Assembly: GCF_001194135.2 (NCBI RefSeq)
Contig: NC_068983.1
Location: 116,692,247-116,756,246, forward strand
Direction of reading: 5' to 3'
DNA from: Octopus bimaculoides
Taxonomy: Eukaryota
DNA length: 64,000 bases
Shown here: positions 36,868 to 51,001 of the stretch, piece by piece
How positions within the stretch are numbered: the stretch's first letter is position 1
How the letters are laid out: each line of letters opens with the position of its first letter
Notes under the pieces: generated by a model
What the model saw: only the letters and a program-made list of their open reading frames with translations
The model's database searches: none
Told to the model about the DNA's origin: nothing
Program-made: the position numbers and the translations under genes

Positions 36868-37053
36868 CTTTATATTTACACATGCTGATATATGACCTAC
36901 ATTGGACTCCTCATTCGCATAATCATCGAACCTGGAGCTTAACTATAGTCTAGCCATAGCACTTACTCAGCATTACCTGACACCTTTGGGTCTTATTGAC
37001 CCCATTACCTCTCATCACCCCTCTCTCTCTTTCTCTCTCTCTCTCTCTTTCCG

Positions 37054-37112
<59 letters not shown>

Positions 37113-37119
37113 TTTTCTC

Positions 37120-37152
<33 letters not shown>

Positions 37153-37173
37153 TTTTCTCTCTCTCTCTCTATC

Positions 37174-37218
<45 letters not shown>

Positions 37219-38217
37219 NNNNNNNNNNNNNNNNNNNNNNNNNNNNNNNNNNNNNNNNNNNNNNNNNNNNNNNNNNNNNNNNNNNNNNNNNNNNNNNNNN
37301 NNNNNNNNNNNNNNNNNNNNNNNNNNNNNNNNNNNNNNNNNNNNNNNNNNNNNNNNNNNNNNNNNNNNNNNNNNNNNNNNNNNNNNNNNNNNNNNNNNNN
37401 NNNNNNNNNNNNNNNNNNNNNNNNNNNNNNNNNNNNNNNNNNNNNNNNNNNNNNNNNNNNNNNNNNNNNNNNNNNNNNNNNNNNNNNNNNNNNNNNNNNN
37501 NNNNNNNNNNNNNNNNNNNNNNNNNNNNNNNNNNNNNNNNNNNNNNNNNNNNNNNNNNNNNNNNNNNNNNNNNNNNNNNNNNNNNNNNNNNNNNNNNNNN
37601 NNNNNNNNNNNNNNNNNNNNNNNNNNNNNNNNNNNNNNNNNNNNNNNNNNNNNNNNNNNNNNNNNNNNNNNNNNNNNNNNNNNNNNNNNNNNNNNNNNNN
37701 NNNNNNNNNNNNNNNNNNNNNNNNNNNNNNNNNNNNNNNNNNNNNNNNNNNNNNNNNNNNNNNNNNNNNNNNNNNNNNNNNNNNNNNNNNNNNNNNNNNN
37801 NNNNNNNNNNNNNNNNNNNNNNNNNNNNNNNNNNNNNNNNNNNNNNNNNNNNNNNNNNNNNNNNNNNNNNNNNNNNNNNNNNNNNNNNNNNNNNNNNNNN
37901 NNNNNNNNNNNNNNNNNNNNNNNNNNNNNNNNNNNNNNNNNNNNNNNNNNNNNNNNNNNNNNNNNNNNNNNNNNNNNNNNNNNNNNNNNNNNNNNNNNNN
38001 NNNNNNNNNNNNNNNNNNNNNNNNNNNNNNNNNNNNNNNNNNNNNNNNNNNNNNNNNNNNNNNNNNNNNNNNNNNNNNNNNNNNNNNNNNNNNNNNNNNN
38101 NNNNNNNNNNNNNNNNNNNNNNNNNNNNNNNNNNNNNNNNNNNNNNNNNNNNNNNNNNNNNNNNNNNNNNNNNNNNNNNNNNNNNNNNNNNNNNNNNNNN
38201 NNNNNNNNNNNNNNNNN

Positions 38218-38218
<1 letters not shown>
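37219..38218. other. Assembly gap (largest of many N-runs, nearly all flanked by (TA)n or (CA)n)
   Basis: N-run. ORFs spanning such gaps are artefacts. Confidence 0.99.
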
Positions 38219-38276
<58 letters not shown>

Positions 38277-38621
38277 TGTGTGAGTGTGTGTGTGTGTGTG
38301 TGTGTATGTGTAACAACATATTTAGGGAGTAAACTATCTGGTATGACGACTTATTATTTTCAACCTCAAATGAACCGTAATCAAAGGCATTCCACCAGCT
38401 ATAAACCGGCTTTTTTCTTATGACTAGGAATCACAGAACCACATTATCATAGACACTGAGATGTGATCTGAGGGAGATTTGTTTAGACGATCGACTGAAC
38501 ACATATAGGTGGCTCATTAGCCTGGAATAGTTGTGCGCAATATTAGGGTAAGCACTTGTGTTGAGAACGCTGCTGTACTTCGTCTCTGAGTGGAGGAGTC
38601 GGTGTCTCACCAGAACGTGAA

Positions 38622-38669
38622 GCAGCTCTGTAGGCTTTTCGGCCCGTTGCAACGGGACTCCAGAGCTGC
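38622..38669 (-). ncRNA. Hammerhead ribozyme relic with core deletion
   Basis: Minus strand GCAGCUCUG-[CUGAU missing]-GA-GUCCC GUUGCAAC GGGCC-GAAA-AGCC-UA-CAGAGCUGC, with a perfect 9-bp stem I. Confidence 0.5.
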
Positions 38670-39273
38670 CTAGGATCACTCACCGATACAGGCAGCAAAG
38701 CTCTCACACAGCAGCACGAGCGTTGTCGAGTCATATATTGTGACTCTTGGCCAGATGTATTAGCGAGGAGTGGACTATCGCTTGAACGGGATATATAAAT
38801 AAAGTAGTATACATATTATAAATTTGACGCTGAAAACAATATTTAATATCGTTTGAAATAATTCAGTCAGCATTTATCATTGACCATGAATAATACCGTG
38901 CATTTTTCGGTTTCAGTTTAGCAAATAAATAGCGTCTGGAAAGGTTATGAAGTGTTAGAAAAATCGTCGATAACTTAAGAATATGTTGACAATAATGAAT
39001 ATACATTTAAACTGAATTAAATTCGCAAATGACTGATTAATGATAAATGAGTGATAATCCCTTGCGGCACTAGACATTACATTTATCACACTTTCTAGCG
39101 AATACAGAACACAATTCTTTGTCCAAGGAATATTTCATTTAAAACAACAACACAAAATCAAATACGCAATGTACCAGTCTGCTTATCTGTCTGTTTGAAT
39201 GCATGAATTTATATCTCTCCTTTTCTCTCTCATCCTCTCTCTTTCCCCCCTTTCTCTCTCTCTCTCTCTCTCC

Positions 39274-39322
<49 letters not shown>

Positions 39323-42300
39323 NNNNNNNNNNNNNNNNNNNNNNNNNNNNNNNNNNNNNNNNNNNNNNNNNNNNNNNNNNNNNNNNNNNNNNNNNNNNNN
39401 NNNNNNNNNNNNNNNNNNNNNNNNNNNNNNNNNNNNNNNNNNNNNNNNNNNNNNNNNNNNNNNNNNNNNNNNNNNNNNNNNNNNNNNNNNNNNNNNNNNN
39501 NNNNNNNNNNNNNNNNNNNNNNNNNNNNNNNNNNNNNNNNNNNNNNNNNNNNNNNNNNNNNNNNNNNNNNNNNNNNNNNNNNTGTGTGTGTGTGTGTGTG
39601 TGTGTGTATTTATGCTAGTACATTATAAGTAATTAATAGTGCATTTTAAAAAAATGTTATATAAAGTTACATTATTGGCAACCGCATAGCCTTCCGGGTA
39701 AAACATAAAAATGCAAGTCCAAAACTGATAGTTAGACGTTCATGTGCTATAAGAAGCTTAGTTGCTGGAATATTTTGATTTAATCGCGTATAGAGCATCG
39801 TGGTACCTTTTAATCATTAGGTGCTCTACGTCGATAATAACTGATCTAAGCAGTTCCAGTTAAGAGGATAGTCGTTAGGACTTGTACAGTAGCACTGTAA
39901 AGATTTTCGGGATAGATAAGGTATATAGTTTTCATTAAACAAGGTGGAGAATGTAGTAATCAAAATGTTGTAATCCTAATTCTATCTTACAACGACTCAT
40001 CATTTTAGCGAATGTACAATAAATGCTAGCGTTCCTAACATAAGAGAAAATATAGGATAATATTGATATCATGATTTATCTAGAATGCATGTGAGCAATA
40101 TTGTAAAATGCAGGTATTACATTGATTATAGCATATTATTGTAGAATGAAATAACACTAAAACGAATTGGGATCCAATAGTAATGGGCATGCAGTTTCAT
40201 ACGGATTTATTGAGCGTTTAGTGGTTGGACTAAGTTAATATTGATGATTACTTCTGTTAATAATACGATTATGTTGAGCGTTCGTTCAAGCGAACATTTA
40301 TGCACGAGAGACTTGGCTTGCTGACTGTCTGAATCATCATCATCGAAATAATCGATGAAGGCATGTACATTCGTACATACATACATACATACATATATAC
40401 AAACATACGTACATACATACATATGTGTGCGTGTGCATGTGTGATGGGCGTGCGTGTGGTAGTGTTGGTGGTGGTGGTGGTGGTGTGTGTGTGTGTGTAT
40501 GTGTGAAAAACAGGCCATGTAAATTATATGTCAAAGGAAGAAGCATTCAGTATAAAAAAAAATAAGATCAAGAGTTAAAATATATGTTTGTAAAACTTGT
40601 TATAATCCATCAAGTTATACTAAAGTGGAGAAGGAAAAAAAGACATATACAGCAATCTTGAGTGCGATAAATGGCAATATCCATACGTTTGTATGTATAT
40701 ATTACATATAATCTATACGTAATATGTATACATGTGTATGTTTGCATTATTTTCTAATCAGTCCTCCTGCGTATTTTTGAATACGTTTTAGTTTCAGTTA
40801 ATATTCCTACTTGATATAGTAATACAGAAAATACCGAAAATCGACTCCTTTGTTCAGTATATATTTATATAACCAACATCTAAATTTCTAAACGTTTGTA
40901 AATTGCAGAGATTGAGTGTTTTGATGTGAATGTAATAGTGTGACACAGGTCAACTTTGGCTCCACAGACGTCGAAGGAAAGTCATTCTTTTCTTTATTAT
41001 TGCTTCATTTGTAAGAATATATATAACCACATTATTANNNNNNNNNNTAAAGGCAAATATGTCAATAACATTATGCTATTGCTTGCACCATATCAGCTTT
41101 GTTGGATAAAACACAATTGTTTGTAATTAGGCACAACACCCAGTAATTTTGAAGGGAAGGGGTTTAGTCGATTACGCAGACCTCAGTACTGAACTACTAC
41201 TTTTTATCGACGTCGAAAGGATGAAAGGGAAAAGTAACTTCGATGGTATTTGAACTAAGAATGTTAAAAGCTGGGACAAATTCCACAAGACACTTTGTCT
41301 GTGATCTAACCGTCTTGCTAATCCTCCGTCCTTCTGACAAAATGTATTAATGAAGATATTCTTGCTATGAACATATTGTTATTCACAAGAGCGTAAGATG
41401 TTATCTGACAGATTTTTGTCTGCATTTCGTTGGAGTTGGGTGGGAACTGCGTAGAGGTTTCTCTGTGATACGTAAACCAACTTTAAATCTTAAATGTATT
41501 ATCATTTTTTAGAGTACAGTAATGCGTTTCAGTCAACCACAAAAATGAGATTCCAGTGGAAAATCATGAACTTTGTGATGTGGCTGATTAGCAGAATCAT
41601 TAGATATCGGTCACATAATATTATGCTGTTTAAATAGTTCTCTTTACGCTTCGAGTTCAAACCTTGCCGGAATTGAAACTCTTTTAATCCTTTCGGACTC
41701 AATAGAATAAATACTGGGTGGTATAATCAATAGTTTTTTTTGGTAATATTTGTGAGGAGAATTTTGAAATTAATATTATATAATATTATATTACATAAAA
41801 TGATCAAAGCACAAAATATTAGTTTGACAATCTACCGGTCTGACATATTTTCATATATTTTCTAATATTATTTGCCTCTGGTTGAGATTTTGTTAATAAC
41901 AACAGTTACAAAAATTGAATTATTTCTGTTTAGTCCCTAAGAATTTGGTGCAGTTCTTGGTAGATTAAAATAGACATTCTTTGCTAACGAAAATTTAGTA
42001 CTGTTCAGTCGTGTCATACATCAGAAAAGATTACCACCTTACCACCACGTGGTTCTGGTGCAATCTGATGGCATAGGGACTTTGGGTGTGTGCCTTCTAA
42101 TATACCGTAAGACTCAGCAATACTTTTCGAAATTGATATGTAGAAACAATGGATAAATTCCAAGTATAAATGTGTGTGTGAGTGCGGGCATTTATATATG
42201 CTGAGGATGGATTTGTGAGTGAGTGGGTGAATCTGCAGTTGTGTCTCCTAGTGACAACTAACGCGTTATGCTGTATCCGGTTTTGTAAAAACAGTAAAGC

Positions 42301-42684
42301 ATAGCCATCCGATAAACAATCGATGAATTAAGTTCCACACTAAAGTAAATACTAGGATCGATATATTTCGCAAAAAATACTTGAAGGTTGATGGTGAACA
42401 ACACAACCAGAATCGGATGAATGAAATTAGTAGAAGAATAAAAGGAGAAGCATGCACACACACACACTCACACAATCGTGCACACACGGACAGGCTCGTA
42501 AACATGCACGCACACACGTGCACGCAGACACACATATGTATATTTTATATTTGTATAAATATATGTATATATGTGGATGTGTTTGTGTGTACAGAGACAA
42601 TTTCTCGACACTGCTATATTAGTCCGGATAGAATATATATGTATATATATGCATACATATACATAATTTCATTACCATACACAC

Positions 42685-42738
<54 letters not shown>

Positions 42739-42753
42739 CTGTATATCAATATA

Positions 42754-42826
<73 letters not shown>

Positions 42827-44893
42827 TTATAAATGTATATATACATATATATATATAAGTTTATATATATATATATATATATGTATGTTTGTTTGTGTGT
42901 CTGTGTTTGACCCCCCAACATCGCTTGACAACCGATGCTGGTGTGTTTACGTCCCCGTAACTTAGCGGTTGGGCAAAAAGAGACGATAGAATAGGTACTA
43001 GGCTTACAAAGAATAAGTCCTGGTGTCGATTTGCTCGACTAAAGGCGGTGCTCCAGCATGGCCACAGTCAAATGACTGAAACAAGTAAAAGAGTATAAGA
43101 GTATACATATATGTAGACATATATATGTATATACACATATATATATATATGTATGTATATATACATATATATATATTTACATATATATGTATATATGTAT
43201 ACATATATATGTATATATATACATATATATATAAATGTATACATATACATATATATTTATATATATACATATATATTTATATATATACGTATATATNNNN
43301 NNNNNNNNNNNNNNNNNNNNNNNNNNNNNNNNNNNNNNNNNNNNNNNNNNNNNNNNNNNNNNNNNNNNNNNNNNNNNNNNNNNNNNNNNNNNNNNNNNNN
43401 NNNNNNNNNNNNNNNNNNNNNNNNNNNNNNNNNNNNNNNNNNNNNNNNNNNNNNNNNNNNNNNNNNNNNNNNNNNNNNNNNNNNNNNNNNNNNNNNNNNN
43501 NNNNNNNNNNNNNNNNNNNNNNNNNNNNNNNNNNNNNNNNNNNNNNNNNNNNNNNNNNNNNNNNNNNNNNNNNNNNNNNNNNNNNNNNNNNNGTTACTGC
43601 TTGTATCCTGTTCTGTTGCTTATTTACGATGACTCACTCCATTAACCTTGGTTTCACATATATATATATGTGAAATTTGTTTACAGGTTTTCTATGTGAA
43701 TGAGGGATTAAGTTAGACCGGAATAATTAATAACAAAAGTGTTGTAGAATAAAGCAAGTAATTTAATCAGAAAACATAAAACTTTGGTCTGTTCCCACAA
43801 CATCTCTGGATTATATCTCGATTCGTTCATGATCGCATGTGATCTATGAAAGATCTACGAAATTCAATTTTCAGACAATAATATATTTTTATTGTTGATA
43901 GGTACAGAGGTAGGTGTGTAGTATGAAGTTTGCTTCCGAACCATATGGTTCCACAGTCAGTCCCATTCCGTGACAACATAGGCAAGTGTCTTCTAATCTA
44001 CCTCTGAGCCGACCAAGTCCCTGTGAGTGGATTTGTCAAACGGAAACTGACCACGTGACATCGGTGGTCACAATGCATTTTGCATCATTTTAGCTTTCGA
44101 ATGACGCCACCTCGCTTGCTAGGCGAGCAAGCCAACAATCTCCCATGATCAAAAGGAGGAATGGAGCAGCGTGAAATGAAGTGTTTTCCTGAAGAATACA
44201 ACGCGCCGCCCGGTCTAGGAATCGAACCCATGAGCTAGCAGTTGTGAGGGAAACAGCCTAACCACTAGGCTAGATATTCTTTTGCGTTTTGTCATTCTAG
44301 ATGTTCTTATTTAATCTGGAAAAATGGTAATATTTTGAAGAAATACAGAAACCCATATTTCCTCAATACGATATTCTTTTATCGAGGAATTCCTGTATTT
44401 GTTACTGCTTGTATCCTGTTCTGTTGCTTATTTACCATGACTCACTCCATTAACTTTGGTTCTGCTTGACGGATATTGTTCTAATTATCTTGTAGAATTT
44501 AATGCTGTGATTTCATTCGTTTCGTATTTCATATCTGAAATAACCTGGATTTATTTATCATTCTTGAAGTTTTATATTTCTCTTTATTCAATAAAAACAC
44601 ACGCCCGGCTACAACTGGGGAAATGCCTTTTAAGTTTCTTGCCAGTTCGCCACGCACGCACTATAGAGACAATCTAAATTAACTGCACCACACAACACAT
44701 ACTCATGCGCACAACACACACGCACACAACACACACGCGTGCACACAACACACATTCACGCACAAATCAAGCTGAGAAAGCATTACAGACCAATAAAAAC
44801 CAACCAATCACTTTGGGCAAGTTTCTTCTATAGCTTGGAGCCAATCAATACCTTGTGACTGGATTTGGTAGACGGGGACTGAAAGAAGCTCGT

Positions 44894-44927
<34 letters not shown>

Positions 44928-45589
44928 TGAATGTGTTTGTGCACGCGCGTGCTCTTTTTGTGCATGTTTATCTTTTTCTTTGCCACCCCCCACCTATCGC
45001 TCGACAACTGGTTTTGGTGTGTTTATATTCTCGCAATCAAGCGGTCTGGCAAAAGAGCGCAATAGAATAAGTTCCAGACTTAACAAAAATAAGTAGTGGG
45101 GTCGATTCACTCGACTAAAAATTCTTCAAGGTGGTGCCCCCCAGTATGGCCGCAGTCTAATGACTGAAGCAAGTAAAAGGTAAAAGAAAACAAAAGATAA
45201 ATACTTCGCACTAGTTGCAAGTAAACACCACTCGTTGATATTTGATATAGAAAAATGAGGATAAAAATGGCGTAATAATGTCAATATCAGTCTCATCGTT
45301 CATGGGTATAAGGAAGTGTCTTCAACATGCATGGACTCCATTACACTTGAAATAGATGATACCGTTTAGGATTGGAAACGATGAGGATGGATTTCTCCTG
45401 TAAGGAATTTATGTGAAATTCTAAAATATACAAAATATAAACTAAATATAAAGAAGAAACTATTACACACACATATACGTGCATGTTTATGTGTACACAC
45501 ACTCGCGCGTACATAAATATATATGAGAGAGAAAAGAAGAGAGAGCATGTGTGTATGTATTTGTAGACTGTTAAATTCAAGCATCTTTA

Positions 45590-45715
45590 TCTCTGCCTTG
45601 AATTTATCTGGTCAAGTTAGGGGCAGTTACTCTTGATATCTCTAAGGCGTTTGATAGGGTTTGGTATGTTGGATTTCTATGGAAGCTCCAATCCTTTGGT
45701 GTGTTATGTTTCCTT
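45590..45715 (+). mobile_element. CR1/L2 LINE RT fragment
   Basis: AVTLDISKAFDRVWYVGFLWKLQSFG. Confidence 0.78.
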
Positions 45716-45769
45716 TATGACTCGTTGAGTATATCTTAAATATATATATATATATATATATAGATATAT

Positions 45770-46930
45770 ATCATGTTCTTAAGAACGAAATGCCCGATTT
45801 TAACTGAAAGTTTATTTTACTTTATCTCAACAAAGAGCAATGCAGTTAATCATCGGTAGCTTATTTATGCCGGCAGTGAAGAATTCTGGAGTGCAAGAGG
45901 TAATGAAATCACGAAAGACTGTTTGTGCATCTTCTTCAGATTTGAAGGTTTTTTCTTGCAAAGAGTTTTCCTTGCAAAAAAACGTGATAGTCAGTTGGTG
46001 CAAAGTCTTGTGAATACGGTAGATGACAAAGTACTTCCAAGTTCAGTTCCTGTAACTTGACTAGCATTCTTTGTGCAATATGTGATCGACCATCGTCTTG
46101 CAAGAGAATTGGCCTGTCTCTATCGACCAATCTATGTTACTTAATTGCAAGTTCACTCATCATTTCATCCAATTGGTTAATGTGTACATCCGCTATAATT
46201 GACTTCTCAGGACTCATGAAGCTGTTGTGGATGACACCAGCGCTGGATTACCAAATCCATCTTAACCAACGACTGTGCAGAACGGTTGCTATTGTTGAAA
46301 AGAATCTATTTTTCATCACACGTAACAGTACGATGCAAAAATGGTTCGCTTTTATGCCCTGACAGCCAAGAACAGTAACTTTCAAGACGACGTGTCATTT
46401 GATACTCGTTGAGTTTGTCTGGTACCCACTCGTCTAGCTTCTTTTCCTTGCCGATACAGCTGGAATCGAAACATCAAACCTTGTTGCTAACTCACTGGTA
46501 GTTTGAGATATATCCGCTTCCATTAATTTCCAGCTCATCATTATCTACCTTGGTCACAGATCTACTACGGGACTGATTTTAAAGAGTCAAGCTACCAGAC
46601 CGGAACTTCTCACACCATCGGATTACAGTGCGCTCAATCGCCACATCTTCACCAAACACCTCATTGATGTTTCGAGGTGTCTGGGGTGCATTGGTTCCAC
46701 GACGGAACTCATATTCATAAACAACACAAGTTTTTGATCAATCCGTGGGTCCACAAAATTGATTTACAAGAGGTAATTCACAACATAATCAGACACCAGC
46801 AATTGCATTTCGGAAAGTGATGATGTAACTCTTCAATGTTTTAAAACAAAGAATTGTCAGGATAAAACATTAAAGCTAACGACTGTCATATTTGGAGCAT
46901 AAGAAATTCGGACATTTCATTCATAATGGC
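45770..46930 (-). mobile_element. Degenerate mariner transposon
   Basis: Fragments VYEYEFRRGTNAPQTPRNINEVFGEDV...RWCEKFRSG and PILLQDDGRSHIA...LCHLPYSQDFAPTDYHVF. Weak TIR similarity (gaaatgcccgatttt / aaattcggacatttc). Boundaries approximate. Confidence 0.85.
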
Positions 46931-46966
46931 TTCACACACATACACACACACACACACACATACTTA

Positions 46967-47178
46967 CTTTTCTACTCTAGGCACAAAGCTCGGACTTTTG
47001 CGGGAAGGGGTCAGTCGATTAGTTCGACCCCAGTACGCAACTGGTACTTAATTTATCGACCCCGAAAGGATTAAAGGCAAAGTCGACCTCGGTGGAATTT
47101 GAACTCAGAACTTAAAGACAGACAAAATAGCGCTAAGCATTTCGCTCGGCATGCTAACGTTTCTGCTGGCTTGCCGCC
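46967..47178 (-). mobile_element. SINE family A (ggcggcgagctggcagaaacgttagc... type)
   Basis: Full copy. Others at about 8755-8935 (+), 11875-12165 (+, two heads), 20665-21045 (-, two partial copies), 22963-23130 (+), 41140-41335 (-). Confidence 0.85.
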
Positions 47179-48836
47179 TCACACACACACATATATACGA
47201 CAGGTTTTTGTCTACCAAATCCATTTACAGGGATTTGGTCGGCGTAGAACCATTCGATTGCGAAGTAAACTTCTATCAACAAAGGGCGCCTATATTTATA
47301 CAATCCCATCACACGCACAGACTCACACGCGCGCTCACACGCACACACATAACACTTATACAAACATACACACACACACACTCATATAAACAAACAGGCA
47401 TCGATTTTCAAATGGTGGTGGGGACAAAATACATACCAAGGATACGCACACATAGATACACACACAGATGCAGACAGATACAGACAGACACAGACACACA
47501 CATATATGCCCATGTTTGCATGTGCAGCTGTCTCGATAGGTGTGTGCGCAAATGTATAAACCCGTAGGCATGCACATACATATCTTTCCACGCAATTTCA
47601 CATTTATAACGGCAAATCGTTTTTCTCCCATTGATACGGGATAATCTGATTACGTTAACACATGACATGCATAGTTTACACCAACAATATTATGATGAAG
47701 TGTTTAGGGAAAAATAGTAAATAAAAAAAAAATCTTTAAAAACGTTTCCGGTGTTAAAAATAAGGCAATAACAATAACGTGTGAGAGTAAGTGAAAAGAT
47801 AAAAGGAAGAAAAATATTATGTATCTATACCTGCATGTTTTGGACGTACACTACTTGCCTAAAATGAAATATTTCCTTCGTGCGCTTCTTTTCTTGTATA
47901 AGAGATCATGCAGCATATAAGCTGATTGACTTAACGTTACTTTTATTTCGGGTAGTTGTTATATGTTGCACATAGTTTCTAGTTATCACAGTTAATTTCG
48001 TGTTATTGTAGTGTCCGCAATTCAAAATTTCCATTGGTAGATATTTAACATATTTGTTCTTAATACGCTTTTGTTATTTAATCAGTGTTTGGAAGCGCAG
48101 TGCTCACGAGCCTTTATAGTGTCCTAAGAGATGGATGAGAACCTGGGAGGAGCATATCCTCATATACATGACCCAGGTCGAATGATTATACTTGCGTGGT
48201 TGCTGTTAATGCAAAAAGACAGGAGTAATGTCAATTTGCATTCTGTGTTCGAATGTTTGTGCGCTCGACTTTGCTTTCTGGCTTTCTGAGATCGATGAAA
48301 TAAGTACCGGTCAAATACCATTAAAAACTGTGCGTTATCCAAAACCTCATGGACCTTGTGCTATAATACATATCCTTATTTAATCTCTTAAACCAGAAAA
48401 GCACTCAGGACAGCCTCTCTTTTGAAGCGGTTATCTAGACATTGCTATCTAGTCTTAAACAGTTTGACAAGTAGCATGACTTCGTCAGTCATCTTCTATC
48501 AATGGACAATTTAGAGATGTCGTTAGTGAAGACTCAGGTTGGTTCATTAGAGCTTTATTCTCTAGAAATTCAATGGATGCCATTGGTAACTTTCATGATA
48601 TATAGTGCAAATATGTTGGATTGCATGTAATTTGGGATATTTGCAGATCATTAATGCAATTTTGATAATAAAATATTTGTGGTTGCGTGCGCATGTTTGA
48701 CTTTTAGCTACAAGGACACTCTGAAATTAATCAAACTACAATAATATCTAGTGCAATGATATTCTTCGCATAGATTCTAATATTCTTGCTTCAATGTCTG
48801 TATGGTTTGAAGGAGACACGTGTATATGACTTATCC

Positions 48837-48881
<45 letters not shown>

Positions 48882-49626
48882 AAATTTGTTTACAGGTTTT
48901 CTNNNNNNNNNNNNNNNNNNNNNNNNNNNNNNNNNNNNNNNNNNNNNNNNNNNNNNNNNNNNNNNNNNNNNNNNNNNNNNNNNNNNNNNNNNNNNNNNNN
49001 NNNNNNNNNNNNNNNNNNNNNNNNNNNNNNNNNNNNNNNNNNNNNNNNNNNNNNNNNNNNNNNNNNNNNNNNNNNNNNNNNNNNNNNNNNNNNNNNNNNN
49101 NNNNNNNNNNNNNNNNNNNNNNNNNNNNNNNNNNNNNNNNNNNNNNNNNNNNNNNNNNNNNNNNNNNNNNNNNNNNNNNNNNNNNNNNNNNNNNNNNNNN
49201 NNNNNNNNNNNNNNNNNNNNNNNNNNNNNNNNNNNNNNNNNNNNNNNNNNNNNNNNNNNNNNNNNNNNNNNNNNNNNNNNNNNNNNNNNNNNNNNNNNNN
49301 NNNNNNNNNNNNNNNNNNNNNNNNNNNNNNNNNNNNNNNNNNNNNNNNNNNNNNNNNNNNNNNNNNNNNNNNNNNNNNNNNNNNNNNNNNNNNNNNNNNN
49401 NNNNNNNNNNNNNNNNNNNNNNNNNNNNNNNNNNNNNNNNNNNNNNNNNNNNNNNNNNNNNNNNNNNNNNNNNNNNNNNNNNNNNNNNNNNNNNNNNNNN
49501 NNNNNNNNNNNNNNNNNNNNNNNNNNNNNNNNNNNNNNNNNNNNNNNNNNNNNNNNNNNNNNNNNNNNNNNNNNNNNNNNNNNNNNNNNNNNNNNNNNNN
49601 NNNNNNNNNNNNNNNNNNNNNNNNNN

Positions 49627-49697
<71 letters not shown>

Positions 49698-50149
49698 GAC
49701 AAACAGTGGTTCGGTAAAAGAGGTTATTCTATGTACCAAGTGTGAAAAATAAGTACTGCGATCGATTTGTTTGACTAAAACGCTTCAAGTAAACGATAAG
49801 AGACAGAAGTGAGATATAAAACACACACAAAATAACATACTAAACAGATTCTGTTTTCAGGTAAACTGTTTTAATTGCGATTGGTCCTACATTTTGCAGC
49901 TTGAAATCAATATACACACCCTTTTTTAGTATCTGAGACAACCCTCGAAGGAAAATCACTTGCATTGCCGATGTAACTGAATTCAAATGATTACTTTTGA
50001 TAAAATGCAAATACATGAAATGGATTAATGTAGTTCAAAGTCATCGAGTATAATTTTAGTTTTACTTTCATTGAATTTCTGAGCTACCAGAAAATGCTCA
50101 TGCATTAAGGAAAGGTTGTCTCAGAATGGTTTAAATATAATTCTGCTAA

Positions 50150-50550
50150 GGCGCAGGAGTGGATGTGTGGTAAGTAGCTTGCTTACCAACCACATGGTTC
50201 CGGGTTCAGTCCCACTGCGTAGCACCTTGGGCAAGTGTCTTCTACTATAGCCTCGGGCCGACCAAAGTCTTGTGAGTGGATTTGGTAGACGGAAACTGAA
50301 AGAAGCCCGTCGTATATATATGTTATGTATATATATATGTGTGTGTGTGTCTGTGTTTGTCCCCTAGCATTGCTTGACAAACGATGCTGGTGTGTTTATG
50401 TCCCCGTAAATTAGCGGTTCGACAAAAGAGACCCATATAATAAGTACTAGACTTACAAAGAATAAGTCCTGGGGTCGATTTGCTCGACTAAAGGCGGTGC
50501 TCCAGCATGGCCGCAGTCAGATGACTGAAACAAGTAAAAGAATAAAAGAG
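50150..50550 (+). mobile_element. Full-length tRNA-derived SINE (family B)
   Basis: A-box-like tggatgtgtggtaag, B-box-like ggttcagtccc, central (TA)/(TG) tract, 3' gactgaaacaagtaaaaga tail. Other copies: 55179-55569 (+), 58492-58901 (-), 33301-33697 (-), 44810-45186 (+), 42895-43100 (+, 3' half), 43915-44050 (+, 5' half). Confidence 0.9.
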
Positions 50551-50916
50551 GAACTTATTCCAGCATATTAGAATTTAAGTTAAAAAAGAAAACAGCAAAA
50601 GAAAAAGAAATCATTATACTAACACACACTATCCATTTGGAGAAGATAATAGGCAGACACAAATATGAATATTTCTCTCCTGAAGTGAGTTTTTAAAATC
50701 AATTATTGAAAGAACAAAAAGAAAACAAAACAAAAGAATGCTAGCATGTATGACATTAAAATGTTATTCCGAACTCGTTTAGTCGATACAAATTAGAATG
50801 TCAGTTGATCGTGATAGGAAAATCATGAGCGAAAATGTATTTCTATGGGTTGCATACTTACATATACACGTCGTATATACAAAGCTACGCGTATTCATAC
50901 ATACACAGACACAGCA

Positions 50917-51001
<85 letters not shown>

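Noticed and set aside
36986-38423. Long ORFs of 300-475 aa in the track (also 48748-49752, 15012-16402, 30587-31011, 43125-43673)
   Set aside because: They consist of N-gaps and dinucleotide microsatellites.
38431-38679. 82-aa minus ORF with an HNYS motif as a PKD-like exon
   Set aside because: Better explained as a chance frame across the structured HHR-bearing repeat, and no donor site was found.
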